Source of the DNA: the human T2T-CHM13v2.0 reference genome, Homo sapiens
DNA: 64,000 nucleotides
Reading direction: 5' to 3' (one strand)
NCBI RefSeq assembly: GCF_009914755.1
Contig: NC_060930.1
Part shown: in pieces, positions 1-14,401 of the stretch
Position numbering within the stretch: the stretch's first letter is position 1
How the letters are laid out: each line of letters begins with the position of its first letter
Translations under genes and position numbers: made by a program
Notes under the pieces: generated by a model
Seen by the model: only the letters and a program-made list of their open reading frames with translations
Databases searched by the model: none
Told to the model about the DNA's origin: nothing

Positions 1-12
1 CATTTTTGGCAG

Positions 13-149
13 CTGGAAATGTTCCTGCCTACCAGTCTGTCACAGACGGCATGTGCCATGGGCTACCAGCACTGAGCAACTCTCTCAGGAAGAGCATTTT
101 TGCCTCACAGCTCAGCCTGCCCCAGCCACTGGATCCACGGAGCCTCCAG
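13..149 (+). pseudogene. CCDC162P: CCDC162P exon A (AGNVPAYQSV...LDPRSLQ)
   Basis: ttttggcag|CT ... CAG|gtgtgt; 137 nt, open, phase 1->0; acceptor context cut by window edge. Confidence 0.75.
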
Positions 150-462
150 GTGTGTTTCAGATGTATTTTTATACTGTAAATGGTGTGCAGTGTGTAGGGA
201 ATCTAGTCAGTTTGTTTCCATTTAGTTTAGATTCTGCAGGGGCTTTCAAGACTTTAATGCCCTCTGTCTTCACTGGCTCTGCTTCACTTGCACAGTGGAA
301 GAGTCTGGGCCCCAGGGCCGGCTGTGATTCCCAGTCAGGGTCTTTGTCTCCAAACACTCAACAGGCTGATCGTGGCAACAGCTTGTCTGTTCACAGTTGA
401 TAGCAAAACAAACAATCTTCTCCACTTAATAAATCGTCATGATAGCAATTGCAATACATAAA

Positions 463-530
463 TGACGTCAGTAGCTGGGTTTTCAATAGCCCTGGTTATA
501 ACACCTGTTATTGAAGGTAATCCTGGCAAC
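463..530. promoter_or_regulatory. candidate CRE plus RFX X-box-like element
   Basis: TGACGTCA 463-470; GTAATCCTGGCAAC 517-530; motif match only. Confidence 0.35.
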
Positions 531-646
531 TATTGTTGCTCCTAGGCAGGAACAATATTACCCACCTTCTACAACCAAAGAGTTCAAGATTCAGGAAGGC
601 CAGAGATCAGACTATTCCAGAATCATGGCAGCACCAGGTTGCAAGC

Positions 647-1168
647 TGTATTAGTTACTTATTGCTGCACAATGATTTACCCTAAAGTTTGGCAGATTAA
701 AACAATAGACATTCATTATCTAACATAGTTTCTGAGGATCAGGAATCTGGGAGCAGCTCAGGTGGGTAGTTCTGGCTCAGGGTCTCTCATGAGTCAAGAT
801 GTTGGCCAGGGCTGTAATCATCTCAAGGCTCAACTGGAGGACAACCTGCCTCCAAGCTCACTCCTATGGCTGCTGGTGGGCACCAGAAGATCCACTTCCA
901 GGCTTATTCACATGGGCTTCTGCACAGAGCTTCTTTGCAACACAGCCGATGGCTTCCCCCAACACAAACAGTCCAAGAGAGAACCCAAGATGGAAGTCGC
1001 AGTGTTTTTATTACCAGATTTCAGACTCTCCATCACTTCTGTCATATTCTTTTCACTGGAAGTGAGTCACTAAGTCCAGAACACATTCAAGGGGAGGGGA
1101 AGTAAGCTCCACCTCTTTACAGGAGGAGTGTCAAAGAACTAGTGGATATCTCTTTCAAACTACCTCAC
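647..1168 (-). mobile_element. MLT1-family MaLR solo LTR
   Basis: Typical MLT1 reverse-strand sequence (tgtattagtta...ggatcaggaatctgggagcagct...); subfamily uncertain. Confidence 0.75.
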
Positions 1169-2018
1169 AATCCCTGGTCTTTTGACTCCAAAATTTCCAG
1201 TTTAATATTCTGATTTTATAATGCTAAGCCAAGGGACACCAACATCAACCTCAAGCAAGTCCCACATTTCTACCTTCAGTGGCTGCAAGACAGTGACTTT
1301 TGGCCCAAGCCATGGCCCTCATTTAGACCCAGAAGACAGGGTCGGACCGTGACCATTGGATCTGCTCTTGCTTCCTTTGGGTGTTGCCTGGGATTAGGTG
1401 GATATAGGAGTCCCGGCTCCTTGCTGTCAGAATCAACTCCAACTCCAGGACTTGACTAAAACCAGAACCAGGTCTGGAAGTGTAGAATGGAGTCAGATAG
1501 GCAGGCCCACTGGTTCCAGGGCTGCAGATGGTGTCACAAAGGACAGAGGATGCCTTAGCTGTTGGTTAGTGATATGGAGGAGCCAGAGACTCACATGTAA
1601 TAATTTGTGGTGCTGGTCTTGAGTTGTTACCGAGAATTGGAGCACAATAATGATGAAGGACAACTTTTTAAGGTTCCTGATATTGAGAGCATTTGAGTAA
1701 ATTTATTTTTATTGATTTTAAATATGTCCCATTGGTGTTATACTGTTCTGGAACTTCTGAACACTGGTGCTGATTAGTTACACTGAAATCTTAAGTACTC
1801 TTCTGTGTTTCACCATCTGCTGAGAAAACAATTTAAAAAATAAATTATTGCTGTCTCTTCTATATCTCTAGGAACTATCAAGAAATACTTACACATAATA
1901 AATAAGTCATCCAAAATTGTTTTGCGGTACAGACACAGATATCCTATTCATATACAGATATCTATTAATTTTGAACACAAAGTACAACATTATCATCTTT
2001 ATTATTTTGTTCTCTTAG

Positions 2019-2114
2019 GCATTTGAGCTGTTTCCTTGGAGAGCATTTCTGGAAGATGGAGGACCATTCCCAGTTATGAGTAACAGCCCAGATACCCTAG
2101 AATATAATATGCAG
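2019..2114 (+). pseudogene. CCDC162P: CCDC162P exon B (AFELFPWRAF...LEYNMQ)
   Basis: tctcttag| ... CAG|gtagga; 96 nt, phase 0->0. Confidence 0.88.
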
Positions 2115-2860
2115 GTAGGATAGGTCTTCTCCATTGTTGCAGAGAGAACTGAGCGCAGACTGCAAAGATGGTTGCCATTGGGTTCACAGGTCAGATCCTC
2201 CTACTCTCACCCACGATGAATAATGTGTGAGATAAGCAGGGTGTTTGATTTTGAGGCTGTAAACCCAGGGTCACGAGGTGAGTCACATTTTCTTATGATA
2301 GAAGGGAAGCATGCTCTCAACTGGCATGGGCCTGGGTTGTAGACTCAGCTGCAGTTTTCGTAACAGTAGTGATCTGGGAGAATGGCCAGTCATCTCCAGT
2401 CATGGGCTGGGCCTCTTAGAGAAACTCCCAGGCTGGCAGCTCAGAGATGTGTGACTCCTGACCTGTCCATAAACAGTTGTGGGAAGGGAACTTTTTAAAG
2501 CAGGACTCGTAGGGAGAATTTCTTTTCATTGTTTTCTTTTTTGCTGTTAACTTCCTTTAAATAGTTTGATTCTTTTCATTATTAAATGTTTTCCCCTGAT
2601 TATTTAAGTAAATATTGTTTTTATTTAAAAAATAGAAAGCTTAGAAAAGTATTAAGAACAACATGAAAATCAACCATAAATAACGCTTCAAAACAATATG
2701 GAGGTGGGGAGTGGGTGGGATGGGGTAGCACTGGCCACAGGTTAATGGTTGTTGGGGCTGGGTGATGGGAACTTTTCTGTTTGATTTCTATATATTCAAA
2801 ATTATCCATAAGTAGAACAGGTTTTTTAAGTAAAATAGTAAAAGTGGTCTTAAAAAATTA

Positions 2861-3208
<348 letters not shown>

Positions 3209-3538
3209 TTACAGTTCACATTTTATTTCCCTGGTATTTTCCCTCTGCATATGTGTGTTTATATCTGTACTTTTAAGGGAAAATTGATATCACACTATAC
3301 ATTCACCATGTACAGATCTGCTGTAAGGGCTGGAAACTTGGCATTTTCATACAGAGCCAAAATTTGATGTGCTCAAAGAAAACTTTAAGTTAGAAATGTT
3401 ACTCTGGTTTTTATGAATTTTCTAGCAGTTGAGGGAATGGGTTCTTGTAAATACAGTTACTCCTAGTTTTCTTCCTGAAAACCATATGTAAAATATATAT
3501 ATGGTCTTCAAATGGAAGGTTTTTTTGTTTTTTTTTAG

Positions 3539-3691
3539 CTGTGCCTCTGTGGGCTGAGTGACCGTGACCGCAAGGTGGCTCATGGAGAACTGGTGGGTGT
3601 GCAACTGCTACTGGAAGATGTTCTGAGTAGCTATCATGTGACCATGGAGGCCCCCCAAAGACAGCAAGCCACACTGGGCAAAAATACACAG
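3539..3691 (+). pseudogene. CCDC162P: CCDC162P exon C (LCLCGLSDRD...LGKNTQ)
   Basis: poly-T tract tag| ... CAG|gtattc; 153 nt, phase 0->0. Confidence 0.88.
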
Positions 3692-4631
3692 GTATTCTGG
3701 GGGTATCGTTTCCATATTGATAGTACTATATTGAACTGAAGGACCTCTCTGTTGGGGAGATGGTCCGGGGAGTCATGTTTTCCCACAGCCTCTCTCAGTA
3801 GGTCCCAGGACTGTGCCAACACCACCTGGGAGCAACAGTGGAGCAGGGGTAGCCACTGCAAAGCATTTTCTAAGTTCCATGATTATGGTATATACATCTA
3901 TTTTAATTTTAAAAATACGCCAAAAGTTGTGGGAGGTCTATTGAAACCAAATGAAACAAAAGCGCCAACTGGATGCTTTCTTTGTGAGTCATACATCTAG
4001 GACTGGAGTTGGAAGGGCCAGAGGGGTCTGATAGAAGCCCCAGGTGGACATCTCAGGCCTGGGCTCTTGTCCTCATCACTCAACTACTGGCCTATGGTCT
4101 CCTGGGCAGGCACTGCCTCCTCTGGGTTTATCATTCTGAAGCTCTAAGGTGCAAGGGCCACTAGCGCTCCTAGTGTCATGACTTTAAACAATTTTGCATA
4201 TATCCAGGAACTAGGCAGAGACATGTTTGGATGCTAGACAAACTAGCTGGTGCCCGCACTTGAAGAGCTTTTCTGTCCGAGCCAAACTTTCTGAGCAATG
4301 CCTAAACCCATCATCTCCATTTTCTTACCTTCCTGCCACTCCTCGAAGCACTGCAGTCTGTCTTCCCAATCTTGCTACTGAAACCTCTCTCATCAAGAGA
4401 TGGTCTTTGTCACTAAATCCTCTGGGTACTTTCAGTCACCTTTCTACCTAACCCCTTGGCAGCATTTGACACAGAGTCCTTCTCAAAGCCTCTCTGCCCT
4501 TGGCTTCTACAGCATGAGTCTCTCCTAGCTTTCCTCCAACATTGCTGAGCCCCTCTTCTCAGACCCTTCTGTAGGGTCCTCTACCTCTGCCAACCCTAAA
4601 ATTTTTTTATAATCTATCCCACCACTGCTAC

Positions 4632-4877
4632 CAGGGCCACATTTTGACTTCCGCAGTCCCTAACACTTTTACCTTTGTGGGCTCTTCCCTCCTCCATGAA
4701 AAACCATTAAAAATTATATTTTAACATTGTGCTAGTACAAAGAAAAATATATTAATATCATATATTAAAGCATTTTATTTAGCCTAAAAGGTCTTTTTTT
4801 CTGATTAAAAAAAAATAAAGCATTTTGTGGGCCCGAGGCACTGTGCCTCCTCTGCCCAAGCTGTTAAGTCAGCCCTG
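4632..4877. mobile_element. hAT-Tip100 MITE (ORSL-like)
   Basis: CAGGGC...GCCCTG terminal inverted repeats around an AT-rich core. Confidence 0.55.
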
Positions 4878-5119
4878 AATACTATCAATACCACTGCTAT
4901 TATTGCCTAGAAGTTGAGGTCTGTTCAGATTGCTTTTTATGTATTCATTTATTTAGTCCTCACAATAATTCCATGAGATAGGTTGTTTCATTGTTCTCAT
5001 TTTATAGATAAGAATACTAAGGCTTAAAAAGGTTAAGTAACATGGCCAAAGTCACATGGTTAATGAGGAAAGAAGCTCAGATTCCAACCCAACGGTCTGG
5101 CCCTAGAGCTCCCTCATCC

Positions 5120-5960
5120 TCTTCTCTACTAGGTTGCTCCATTCCTCACCCTCTCCCTAGGAAAACCCATCCACTTTTATAACTTTGATGACATTCACAT
5201 GCAATGATCCAAATCTGTATGTCTAGCCCAAATATCAATCCTATCAGACTCACATGTTCAATTGCCTGCTGGATATCTCCACTTATTCCATCTCAGAGAC
5301 AGCGTTTCTCAAGCTAAGGTCATCTTACTCCCTAAATCTTGCCCTTCCCTGTCCGTTTACCACTACCTGCCCAGTTGGCCAAGCCAAAAACTCTGGGCAC
5401 CATCTTTGACTTCTGTCCCACACCCCACAACCAGTCACCAAGTTTTACTATCAATTATTTTAATATCTTTCAAGTTTGTCTTCTTTCTCTGTTCCCCCAC
5501 AGTACCCACTTCTATGAGTCCAAACCATCATCATCCCTGATCACTAACTAGGCTATGATCTTGACCTCCAATTGGATTCAATACACTTATTCTCACCTCC
5601 TTCCAATCCATTCACCAGGGTAATATTTTTAAATGCAAGCCTGATTATATCACTTCCTTTACTATAACTCTTCAATGGATTCCAGATGCCCTGAGAAGAG
5701 TCCAAATGCTTTCATCAGCCCCTCGTGACTTGACTCCTGCCAATATTTCTACCCTCAATGTCTTTCGATTTGTCAAATGCACCATGCTCTCTTCTGTACT
5801 TCTCCCAAACTGGTCACTCTAGTGGAAAACTTCCCTCTCCTTCCTCTTTCTGCTTCATCACCTGATTAACTCTTACTTATCCTTCAGATTTCCACTTCCA
5901 AACCACTCTCTTTAGGAAGCTTCTTCTGATCATCCACGCTTACCCTGTTGCTTCTCTGTG
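5120..5960 (-). mobile_element. L2 fragment
   Basis: CT-rich decayed L2 3' motifs; boundaries approximate. Confidence 0.55.
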
Positions 5961-8099
5961 CCAGTTAGAGTGCTTCTGGTGCAAGTAACAGGTTGTTCCA
6001 TTAGCTATAACCTAAATTAGGGAAGCATATTAATCCTCCATAATAAGACGTCTAGAAGGAGGCAGTTCAGGTTGGTGTAGCCCCTTGACAGTGACTTCAA
6101 GGACTCAGGCTCTGCCATTTAGGTGTATTGGGAAACATCTCCCTCATGTTTGTAAGATAAAAACAGGAGCAAAAAAGCTTTCTCCTTGGAGATCTAGCTT
6201 TTTATCAAGGAGGGGAATATTTTCTAGAAGCCCCCCCATTAGATTTTCCTTGTGTCTTTTTAGCTAAACTGAGTCACAAGTCCACTTGGGGCCAATTAGT
6301 AGAAAAAGAAGTGGTTTTATATGTGCCATCTACATTCCACAGCATAATTAGATCTTCACCCAGTGTGATCATTTGCAAAGCTGGGTATAGACCAAATTGT
6401 GCCAGGATCCAAACACATGCTGGGCCCTCAGGTCCTTCTGTTTGCCATATTTTGGCCCTGTCTATGATGGATTACCATCTTTTCCTGACATTCCCCACCA
6501 TCCTCCACCTTGTTATTTATTTTGGCTCCTGTTCCTTCTCTTGTCTATTAAATTAAAGCACGTTGGTAGAAAAGACTTCTCATCATATGAACATATTAAC
6601 AAACAAGTTTGCTTTAAAATTATTATTTATTTTAATTAATTTTATTTCGTGTGTTTTTATTTAGGAGTATTTAGCTATTCATAGACAATAGGAAGCAGTA
6701 GAATTTATACTGCCCTGAGAGTCAGGACTCCTGAGTTCCTGCCCCAGTTATGCTATAAGTTTTTTGATCTCACTAGGCCTCAGTCTCCAAAGCTCCAAAG
6801 TAAAGGTGATGAATTGGCTCAAGGCTTTTAAAATTGTGGTCCAAGGAGCCCTGGGGTTCCTCAGAGATACCCTGGGGCTTCTTGAGCTGGGGAGCGGGGG
6901 CGGCAATTACATGGCCTCCAGGCTGTCCCCTTCATGTCACCATGCTTGGCCTTGGTCTGTTGAATATTTGGGCCAGTGTGTAAGAATTCATTTGATGAAA
7001 GAGCTCTGAGGATAAAATAAAATCTGGAAATCCATGCACTAGCTGATTGTTGGGGAGGCAGGCTACAAGACTGAGGAGTTACCAGCAGTCTACAGGAACT
7101 CGCTCTCCCCTGGTTCTTGCTTATCAATTCTTCCTTGGACAATTTGACCAATACTCTTCCTGGCAGGCAGGCTTTTCCTTAGATATGTTAATACCACTGC
7201 TCTAGGATCCAATTATACCAGGTTGTTCTCCCTGTTTCTAGCCAGGAAACGTGAGTGTCTCGGGTACTGTCACCTAAATGCTCTCTAAGCCTCTTTTTAT
7301 CATAACGTCATGGGATTTGCCAACCTGGTCTGCCAAGAAGAGCTCCTTTTTCTGTGACTGAGACACTATGTACAGGCAGTGGGCCTGGACGTGATCCTCA
7401 TTTTGTTCCTCACTCTGGGTGACCCTGGCCCTCAGACCGCTGGCTGCAGGACAGCAGGACAAACAAGGACCTGAATACCTTGTTTCCTCCATGTCCTCCA
7501 GGGCTCATAGCAGCCCCTCCACAATTATTTACTTAAGGAAAGCACCAATGAATAAATGAAGAAATCATAATTTTAAAGTAATCTTTCTTATTGAATGATA
7601 AATTCTAATTAAGAGAAATGTTTCCTGCCTAACTTCTAAAAGAGGAGAAGAAACAGGAGGTAGGATAAATTAACTTTCTATTTCTTTACCCATAAGATGG
7701 GTAAAATCCTGAATGGAAAGTTACTTCTTGGCCCCACCGTGATGGGAACTTTAATCTCAGGTATATTGAAGAGCACTTTCCAGAATGCAGAGGGAAAACA
7801 CAAAAGGCTCAGTTTTTCAAAGGCAGATAAAACGTTAGTATGCAAGTAAGCGAGTTTTCAAAATGAATGGTTCCAGACCCAAGCAAAAAGCTGCAGTTGA
7901 GACATTCCTATCCTTTCCATAAACTGTTCATGAAGGATGGTCAACCTCTCTCAACTCTATATGTGCTGTGGGCCTGTAAACCATTCCTCCTGGGGAAAAA
8001 GTTAATTCTCCAAAGACTTTGTTTTGCACAGGCTGCATGTGAAAGGTTAGCCTGTGTTGGTCCATGATCAATAAAGAAGGATTTCCATAATGCTTTCAG

Positions 8100-8329
8100 C
8101 CAGATTGGTCCAAAGTGCCAGGATTCAGAAGTCAGTTCCGAAGCAGCCCAAAGACCTCTGAGCTGCTGGAGGGCCTGTGCGATGCGGTGATGTCCTTTGC
8201 TTTGCTGAGATCATTTCTGATACTGTGGAAGCAGCTGGAAGTGCTAAAGGAGCACTGGGGCCGACTCAAGCTGCAAGGCCAGGATATCAACTCTGTCTCT
8301 CTCCACAAACGGTTTTCAGAGCTCTATGA
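8100..8329 (+). pseudogene. CCDC162P: CCDC162P exon D (PDWSKVPGFR...KRFSELY)
   Basis: ctttcag| ... GA|gtgagt; 230 nt, phase 0->2; overlaps ORF 8115..8333. Confidence 0.85.
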
Positions 8330-8678
8330 GTGAGTGTTGCTGATGCTGAAATTCATGGCCATGACTAGAACCTGGGGGATGGCAGATTCCTGCCCTTAGT
8401 CTGAGGGCGAGATTTGGTCCATGAATCCTAATATGACCCGTTAGACCCACGGACTGAGTCTCTCAGAGCTTGTGGCATTGCAGCCAGAGATATACAGATG
8501 GCACATGCGGCACAAGTCTGAGGAATGGGAGGCATTCTAGCAGCTGCAGGCCCTGGCTCGAATGACGTAGCTGGCTGGGAAGGCGTGTTGCTTCTGCCAC
8601 GTGTCTGTTAACAAACGAACATTTGCTAAGCACCCCCATACACCCTGGGCCTTACCAAGCTTAAGAACGTTTGCTTTA

Positions 8679-9033
<355 letters not shown>

Positions 9034-9316
9034 TTATCTTGTGAAATTATTATAGTCAGTGTCCCTGATAACTAGGGAAGGTGAAGACTTGTCAATATTT
9101 TGAAGAATGAGGACTGAAATTATATGCACCCAATGGGAAAAAGCCTCACGATTTCATGTGGCTAAGGAATGATAACTGTGGTGAATTAAATGTTGATGTA
9201 TCTGTGAATGGGTTAGGATACTGATGATAGGAAAGAGAAAATGAATGAAAATAATTATCAGAGAATTGAAATGAGAAAAAATATGTTTGCTAATTTCTGT
9301 CTTTCTTCTTTAATAG

Positions 9317-9455
9317 AACTGACGTTCTCTACCCCAGCATGAAAGCTATAGCCAGGCAGATGGGGAAAGAAGATGAATTTGAAGGATTTATAGTAAATAA
9401 TCAGTCTGTTCTTCCCCCCAGTGGAGCCTCAGAAGTTGAAATAAAAACTCACCAA
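9317..9455 (+). pseudogene. CCDC162P: CCDC162P exon E (ETDVLYPSMK...EIKTHQ)
   Basis: ttctttaatag| ... CAA|gtatgc; 139 nt, phase 2->0. Confidence 0.88.
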
Positions 9456-10143
9456 GTATGCAGGATATATTTTAAATTTGCCTTTGAAAATGTCCTTTAT
9501 GGCATTAGCATGTAAAACTACAGGCATACCCAAATGGTATTTTTTCCAAGAAGCTGAGTGTAAATTGCAGGGTTGTAAATCATTGAATGGGCTGGAGGGA
9601 GGGCAGGACTAAGTATTTAAAGCCATGTGGTGCTTCGATGAAGCAAATTACTACCCTTAATGTCCCTGTTCTATAAGTCTGGATTTTTATCATTTTGATT
9701 TTCCTCAAATTGATGTGTACCTTCATAAGAATGATCATAGAAAACATAACCACTATCTTAAGCATAAAATTTAGCATGCAAGTATTCACATGGAAATGAA
9801 ATATTTGTAAAAGCTCCCTGTAATTGTTTTTCTGAGAATAAGAAAATGCCCATTTGGTATGTGTAAGATGATCTGTGTGGAGAAGTTGTTTTCCCGAGTC
9901 TTTGTTCAGCTTGATCCTGGGACTCACGCGCTCTGTGGCTGGGCTTATTGTACCAGGCAAGCAAAGCCTCGGCTGTTCGGTTGTCAATGCACAGATGCTC
10001 ATCCACTGAGCAACAAGGAGAAGTCAGCCCCTGTCAGGCCCCAGTGCCAAGCTCACTGCTTACCCTTCTGAGCCCTATTCCTTTCCAGTACCTGGGGGCC
10101 TTCAACAGGGAGAAACCTACACTCTGCAAGCATAATGGATTGA

Positions 10144-10525
<382 letters not shown>

Positions 10526-10884
10526 GAGAGCTTCTTTTGTAATGAGAACTCACAGAATCCTAGCCACATTTAGAGACCCCGGAAGACATGAGGTCACCCC
10601 AGGGATTAGACACTTTGCAATTTAGCAAAACTTGGTTAAAAAAAAAAAAAGGATTGTATTTTATCAATGAGGATGTGAGCCAGGAAGAAAAGGTGCTAGT
10701 CTCCAGGGAGGTACATCTGTGCCCCCAGAAGCACTTGGGAGACCTAGAAGGGAAGTGTTCCTTCTTTCCCGGGAGAGTAGCTGAGGGACAGGCCCTAGCC
10801 CAAAGCCCTTCTGCAGGAATGTGACACGGGACCCAAAATATAATCTGAATGTAGTGAGTGACCCTCAACCTATGCTTACTCTAG

Positions 10885-11005
10885 CTTCAAAAACTTCTGG
10901 AAAATTGTGAAATTCAAATGATCCAAGAGGTACTAAGAAAAGTTAACAGAGAAATGACACTGGTTTTATCAGAAAAGTGCAAGGAGGAGTGTTCTCTCCC
11001 TACAG
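10885..11005 (+). pseudogene. CCDC162P: CCDC162P exon F (LQKLLENCEI...CSLPT)
   Basis: actctag| ... ACAG|gtaaag; 121 nt, phase 0->1. Confidence 0.88.
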
Positions 11006-11502
11006 GTAAAGTACATTTATTTTGTTACTTCACAAAATAATGTTTATTGGTTTTTCCTAATTACGAAAGCAATTCATGTATCGACATTTGTTGTAAAAAC
11101 AAGCAAAAACCAAAACATCGGTGCGATGCCCGGAAAATGATATAAAAATGACCTTTTACCCTTGACCCTGTGCAATGAAAGGGCAAGCCTCTCCCCAGCT
11201 GGGTGTCTCTAAATGCCACCAGAGAGCTGAGTGTGGTTGAGCTCTAGTTACAGAACCTGCAACAAGACACAAAGCCCTTTGGTATATTTCTTTCCCTGTA
11301 CAAAGGCTTTTTTAAACAAATGGAAAACATAGTTTCACTTCAGTTTCAACTCTACTGATTAACTCATAACTGAAATAAAGTTGAAATGAAGGGAAACCTA
11401 AAGCCTTTCTTATTTGTAACATATATAAGTTATGATATGTCAAATTTGTATATTTAGGGTATGAAGGCAATCAGAATGGTTCCTTCCATCTGAGGTCCAA
11501 AC

Positions 11503-12302
11503 TTGGGGCCACTTCACGGGCATGTGACACACAGGATGCAGAGGGGCACTTGAGATTTCATGTTCTGTGATCACCATCCTGAAACTTTTAATGGTTTACC
11601 TTTGAATTTGTTCAAAGTTACAATTCTAGGTACCTAAAGTGGGCAGGAGGCTTACCCTTCCTGAGCTACCCATTGAACGCATGGTGTTGCTGCCAGCCTG
11701 GGACCCCTGAGATGCTGCCGGGTGCACACGTCTGACCTTGACCCTCCCTGTACCCAGAGGGGACGGGGACCTTGGCACAGGGAGGGTCAAGGTCAGGCGT
11801 GTGCACCTGGCAGCATCTCAGGGGTCTTAGGCTGGCAGCACCACCATGTGTTCAATGGGTAGCTCAGTGAGGGCAAGCCTCCTGCCCACCTTGGGTACCT
11901 AGAGTCTCTCAGGACAGAGGTTGCAGTACTCTTGGGGGTTGCCTTTCCACAGTGGATTGGGGTGGTGGGAAGGGGAGATGCCTGACTCAACTTCTCATCC
12001 CCAGGCAGGGCCCGGTGCCTCAGTCTGGTAGCTGGCGGGTCATGCGTATTCATGCACTGAGACACAGGCAGGGCCACTGGGTGCTTATGGGGGTCTCACT
12101 TCCCCTGCACATATTCCCATGACCAAGAGAGCGCAACGTTAAAAGCAAATTAAAAACACCATGACAGGTCAAGGGAGAGACTGCAGAAGAAAGGGAAAAG
12201 GTTTATCTCTTAATGTCGGTGTGACACTTTTTCCTGCTTTTTAAACAAGAGGTCCTACATTTTTATCTTGCGCCAGGCCCCTGCGTTATGTAGCTAGTCC
12301 TG
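11503..12302 (+). mobile_element. MER45C-like hAT-Tip100 DNA transposon
   Basis: 3' end ...aaaacaccatgacaggtc...ttatgtagctagtcctg and GC-rich interior match my recollection of MER45C. Confidence 0.65.
11625..11903. repeat. long inverted repeat (133-bp arms, 13-nt loop)
   Basis: 11625-11757 vs 11771-11903, ~13 mismatches, no gaps. Confidence 0.95.
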
Positions 12303-13490
12303 TCTGAACTATAATATCTATTCCTAACTTTGAATATTCTGTAGGAAATTCATAACCTTTGAGCTAGGGAGGAGTTGTCTGACTACGAACTTAAATTAGG
12401 TTTTGCTTTTGAGACAAAGTCCACAGACATTGTAGTGTTAATTAATAACCTCTGTCCTCACCTAAGACATAGTCGTTTTATTAGTGCTTCGAGTAACCGA
12501 ATTCTGTAAACAGGGCCCTGTGCAATGAAAGCGCGAGCCTCTCCCCAGCTGGGCGTCTCTAATGCCACCAGAGAGCTGAGTGTGGTTGAGCTCTAGTTAC
12601 AGAACATTCAACAAGACACAAAGCGCCTGTTGTTTGTGCTGTGTTTGCTGCATCCAGGCGGCTCCCTTCCGAGTCCTTGGAGAAAATCCACAAGCCTGCA
12701 TCAGGTGCAGCCATCTGCACATGTTGGGGCCGTGGTTCCTATGAGACACCTGGGGTGAGGGGCTGTGGGGAAGCATCTTTGCTCTGTGGTTGTGCTGCCT
12801 TGCATAGGGTGCCTGTCAGCTGTGCTTGCAAAGGGCCTTCAATGCAGTGGGGGGCAGGCAGAGGGGAGGGGTAGAGTTATTTTTAACAGTGGCTAGGTTG
12901 ATATTACCAAGCCTCACTTTGGCTGGAGTGTGCTGGCCAGTTCTAAACTCTTGTTTGATTCTATACTTATAAGACTTTTAAACTCCATGCCAATGTCAAA
13001 GGGGAAGGGTTGTTGTTTCTGGTTCTATTTTGTTTTGTTCTTTGGTCTGTCAGGCATGACTCAGTGTGGAGACCTGGATCTCCACCTCTACTGAGTTCTC
13101 CTAATTCAAGCGATTGAGTCCTTACTGTGTGCCAAGGTGCTTTGGTATACATTTATTCAGTGTCATCTTCCTGAGACCTCTGTGGGCTTGGTACCTTCAA
13201 AGAAGGCAATAACATATTGGAATCCCCACCTACCTACTATTTATCTTGGCAGCAAGAAGTAGCCATAGTGGCCAGGGCTTCCAAGCAAGGGCTGCCTCTT
13301 CATGCAGAGATCACCCTTTGTAGTCAAGATTAGCTTGGGGCTGGAGGTTTTTCCAGAGGAAGTTAGGAATGGAGAGTATTGAGAACCAGGGGGACAGCAA
13401 AAGCCCTTATCCTTTTCCTCAGGGTCTTCTCCTTCCCTATGGGCTGACTGACTCTGGTGTTTACATTTACAACTGCCAAAAAGAAACCCT

Positions 13491-13832
<342 letters not shown>

Positions 13833-14401
13833 TCATTCCCCCTCACCTTGTCTTGGAGCTTGATCATACAGCTTCTGAATGAGTTTCCGGTTTGTCATTG
13901 AGCCTCTGAGGATGTGGCATCCAGACCTGGCCCTTGTATTAGGTCTCGGTAGCTGAACTAGTAGTCCCCTGAAAACTATCTAAAGTTGATCCAGACATCT
14001 TTGTTCAGCCCCGGGGCTTATCTTAGCAGAAATGGCCCCGTTGGTTCACAAAGATTCTGCCATCCCTCATCTTTGATGTTTTGGCATTGAAGTGATTTTT
14101 AATTGATTTTCTAATTTTCTCTGGGTAGTTATAAGGCCAACAGTCTCCAAAGTGGAATGCATATATCCCAGGGGTGTGGGAAGAAAATATGAGAACTTCT
14201 AAATAGATTAGAGCCATATGTAAGGAGTCACATGCCACACTCTACACTGAGGTGTCCTGAAGTGACCATGGGCAGGCAATCCACAAGTAATGAGAAAATA
14301 GTCGAGGTGACACTGTAATCCTAGTGCATGCTTATCCTCAGCCACATTCTGAGGTCATAAAAGATAATCTAATCATGTCTGATAAGAAGACAGACAATAA
14401 A

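Larger units (their letters stand above)
11166..12624 (+). repeat. 110-bp direct duplication (11166-11275 and 12516-12624)
   Basis: Manual alignment: 5 substitutions and 1 indel. Confidence 0.95.

Noticed and set aside
53-400. 115-aa ORF over exon A
   Set aside because: Wrong frame relative to the spliced CCDC162 frame and runs through the donor; no protein-like signal
2130-2500. GATA and E-box motifs as an erythroid enhancer
   Set aside because: AGATAAG and CAGCTG are present but not in TAL1-GATA spacing; cannot be supported from sequence alone
7274-7492. 72-aa minus-strand ORF as a possible antisense exon
   Set aside because: No recognisable homology, weak splice context, no partner exons
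11166-12624. Direct repeats read as LTRs or TSDs of a new element, or as a CRISPR-like array
   Set aside because: Only two copies, no TG...CA ends, PBS or PPT, far longer than a TSD; mammalian intron
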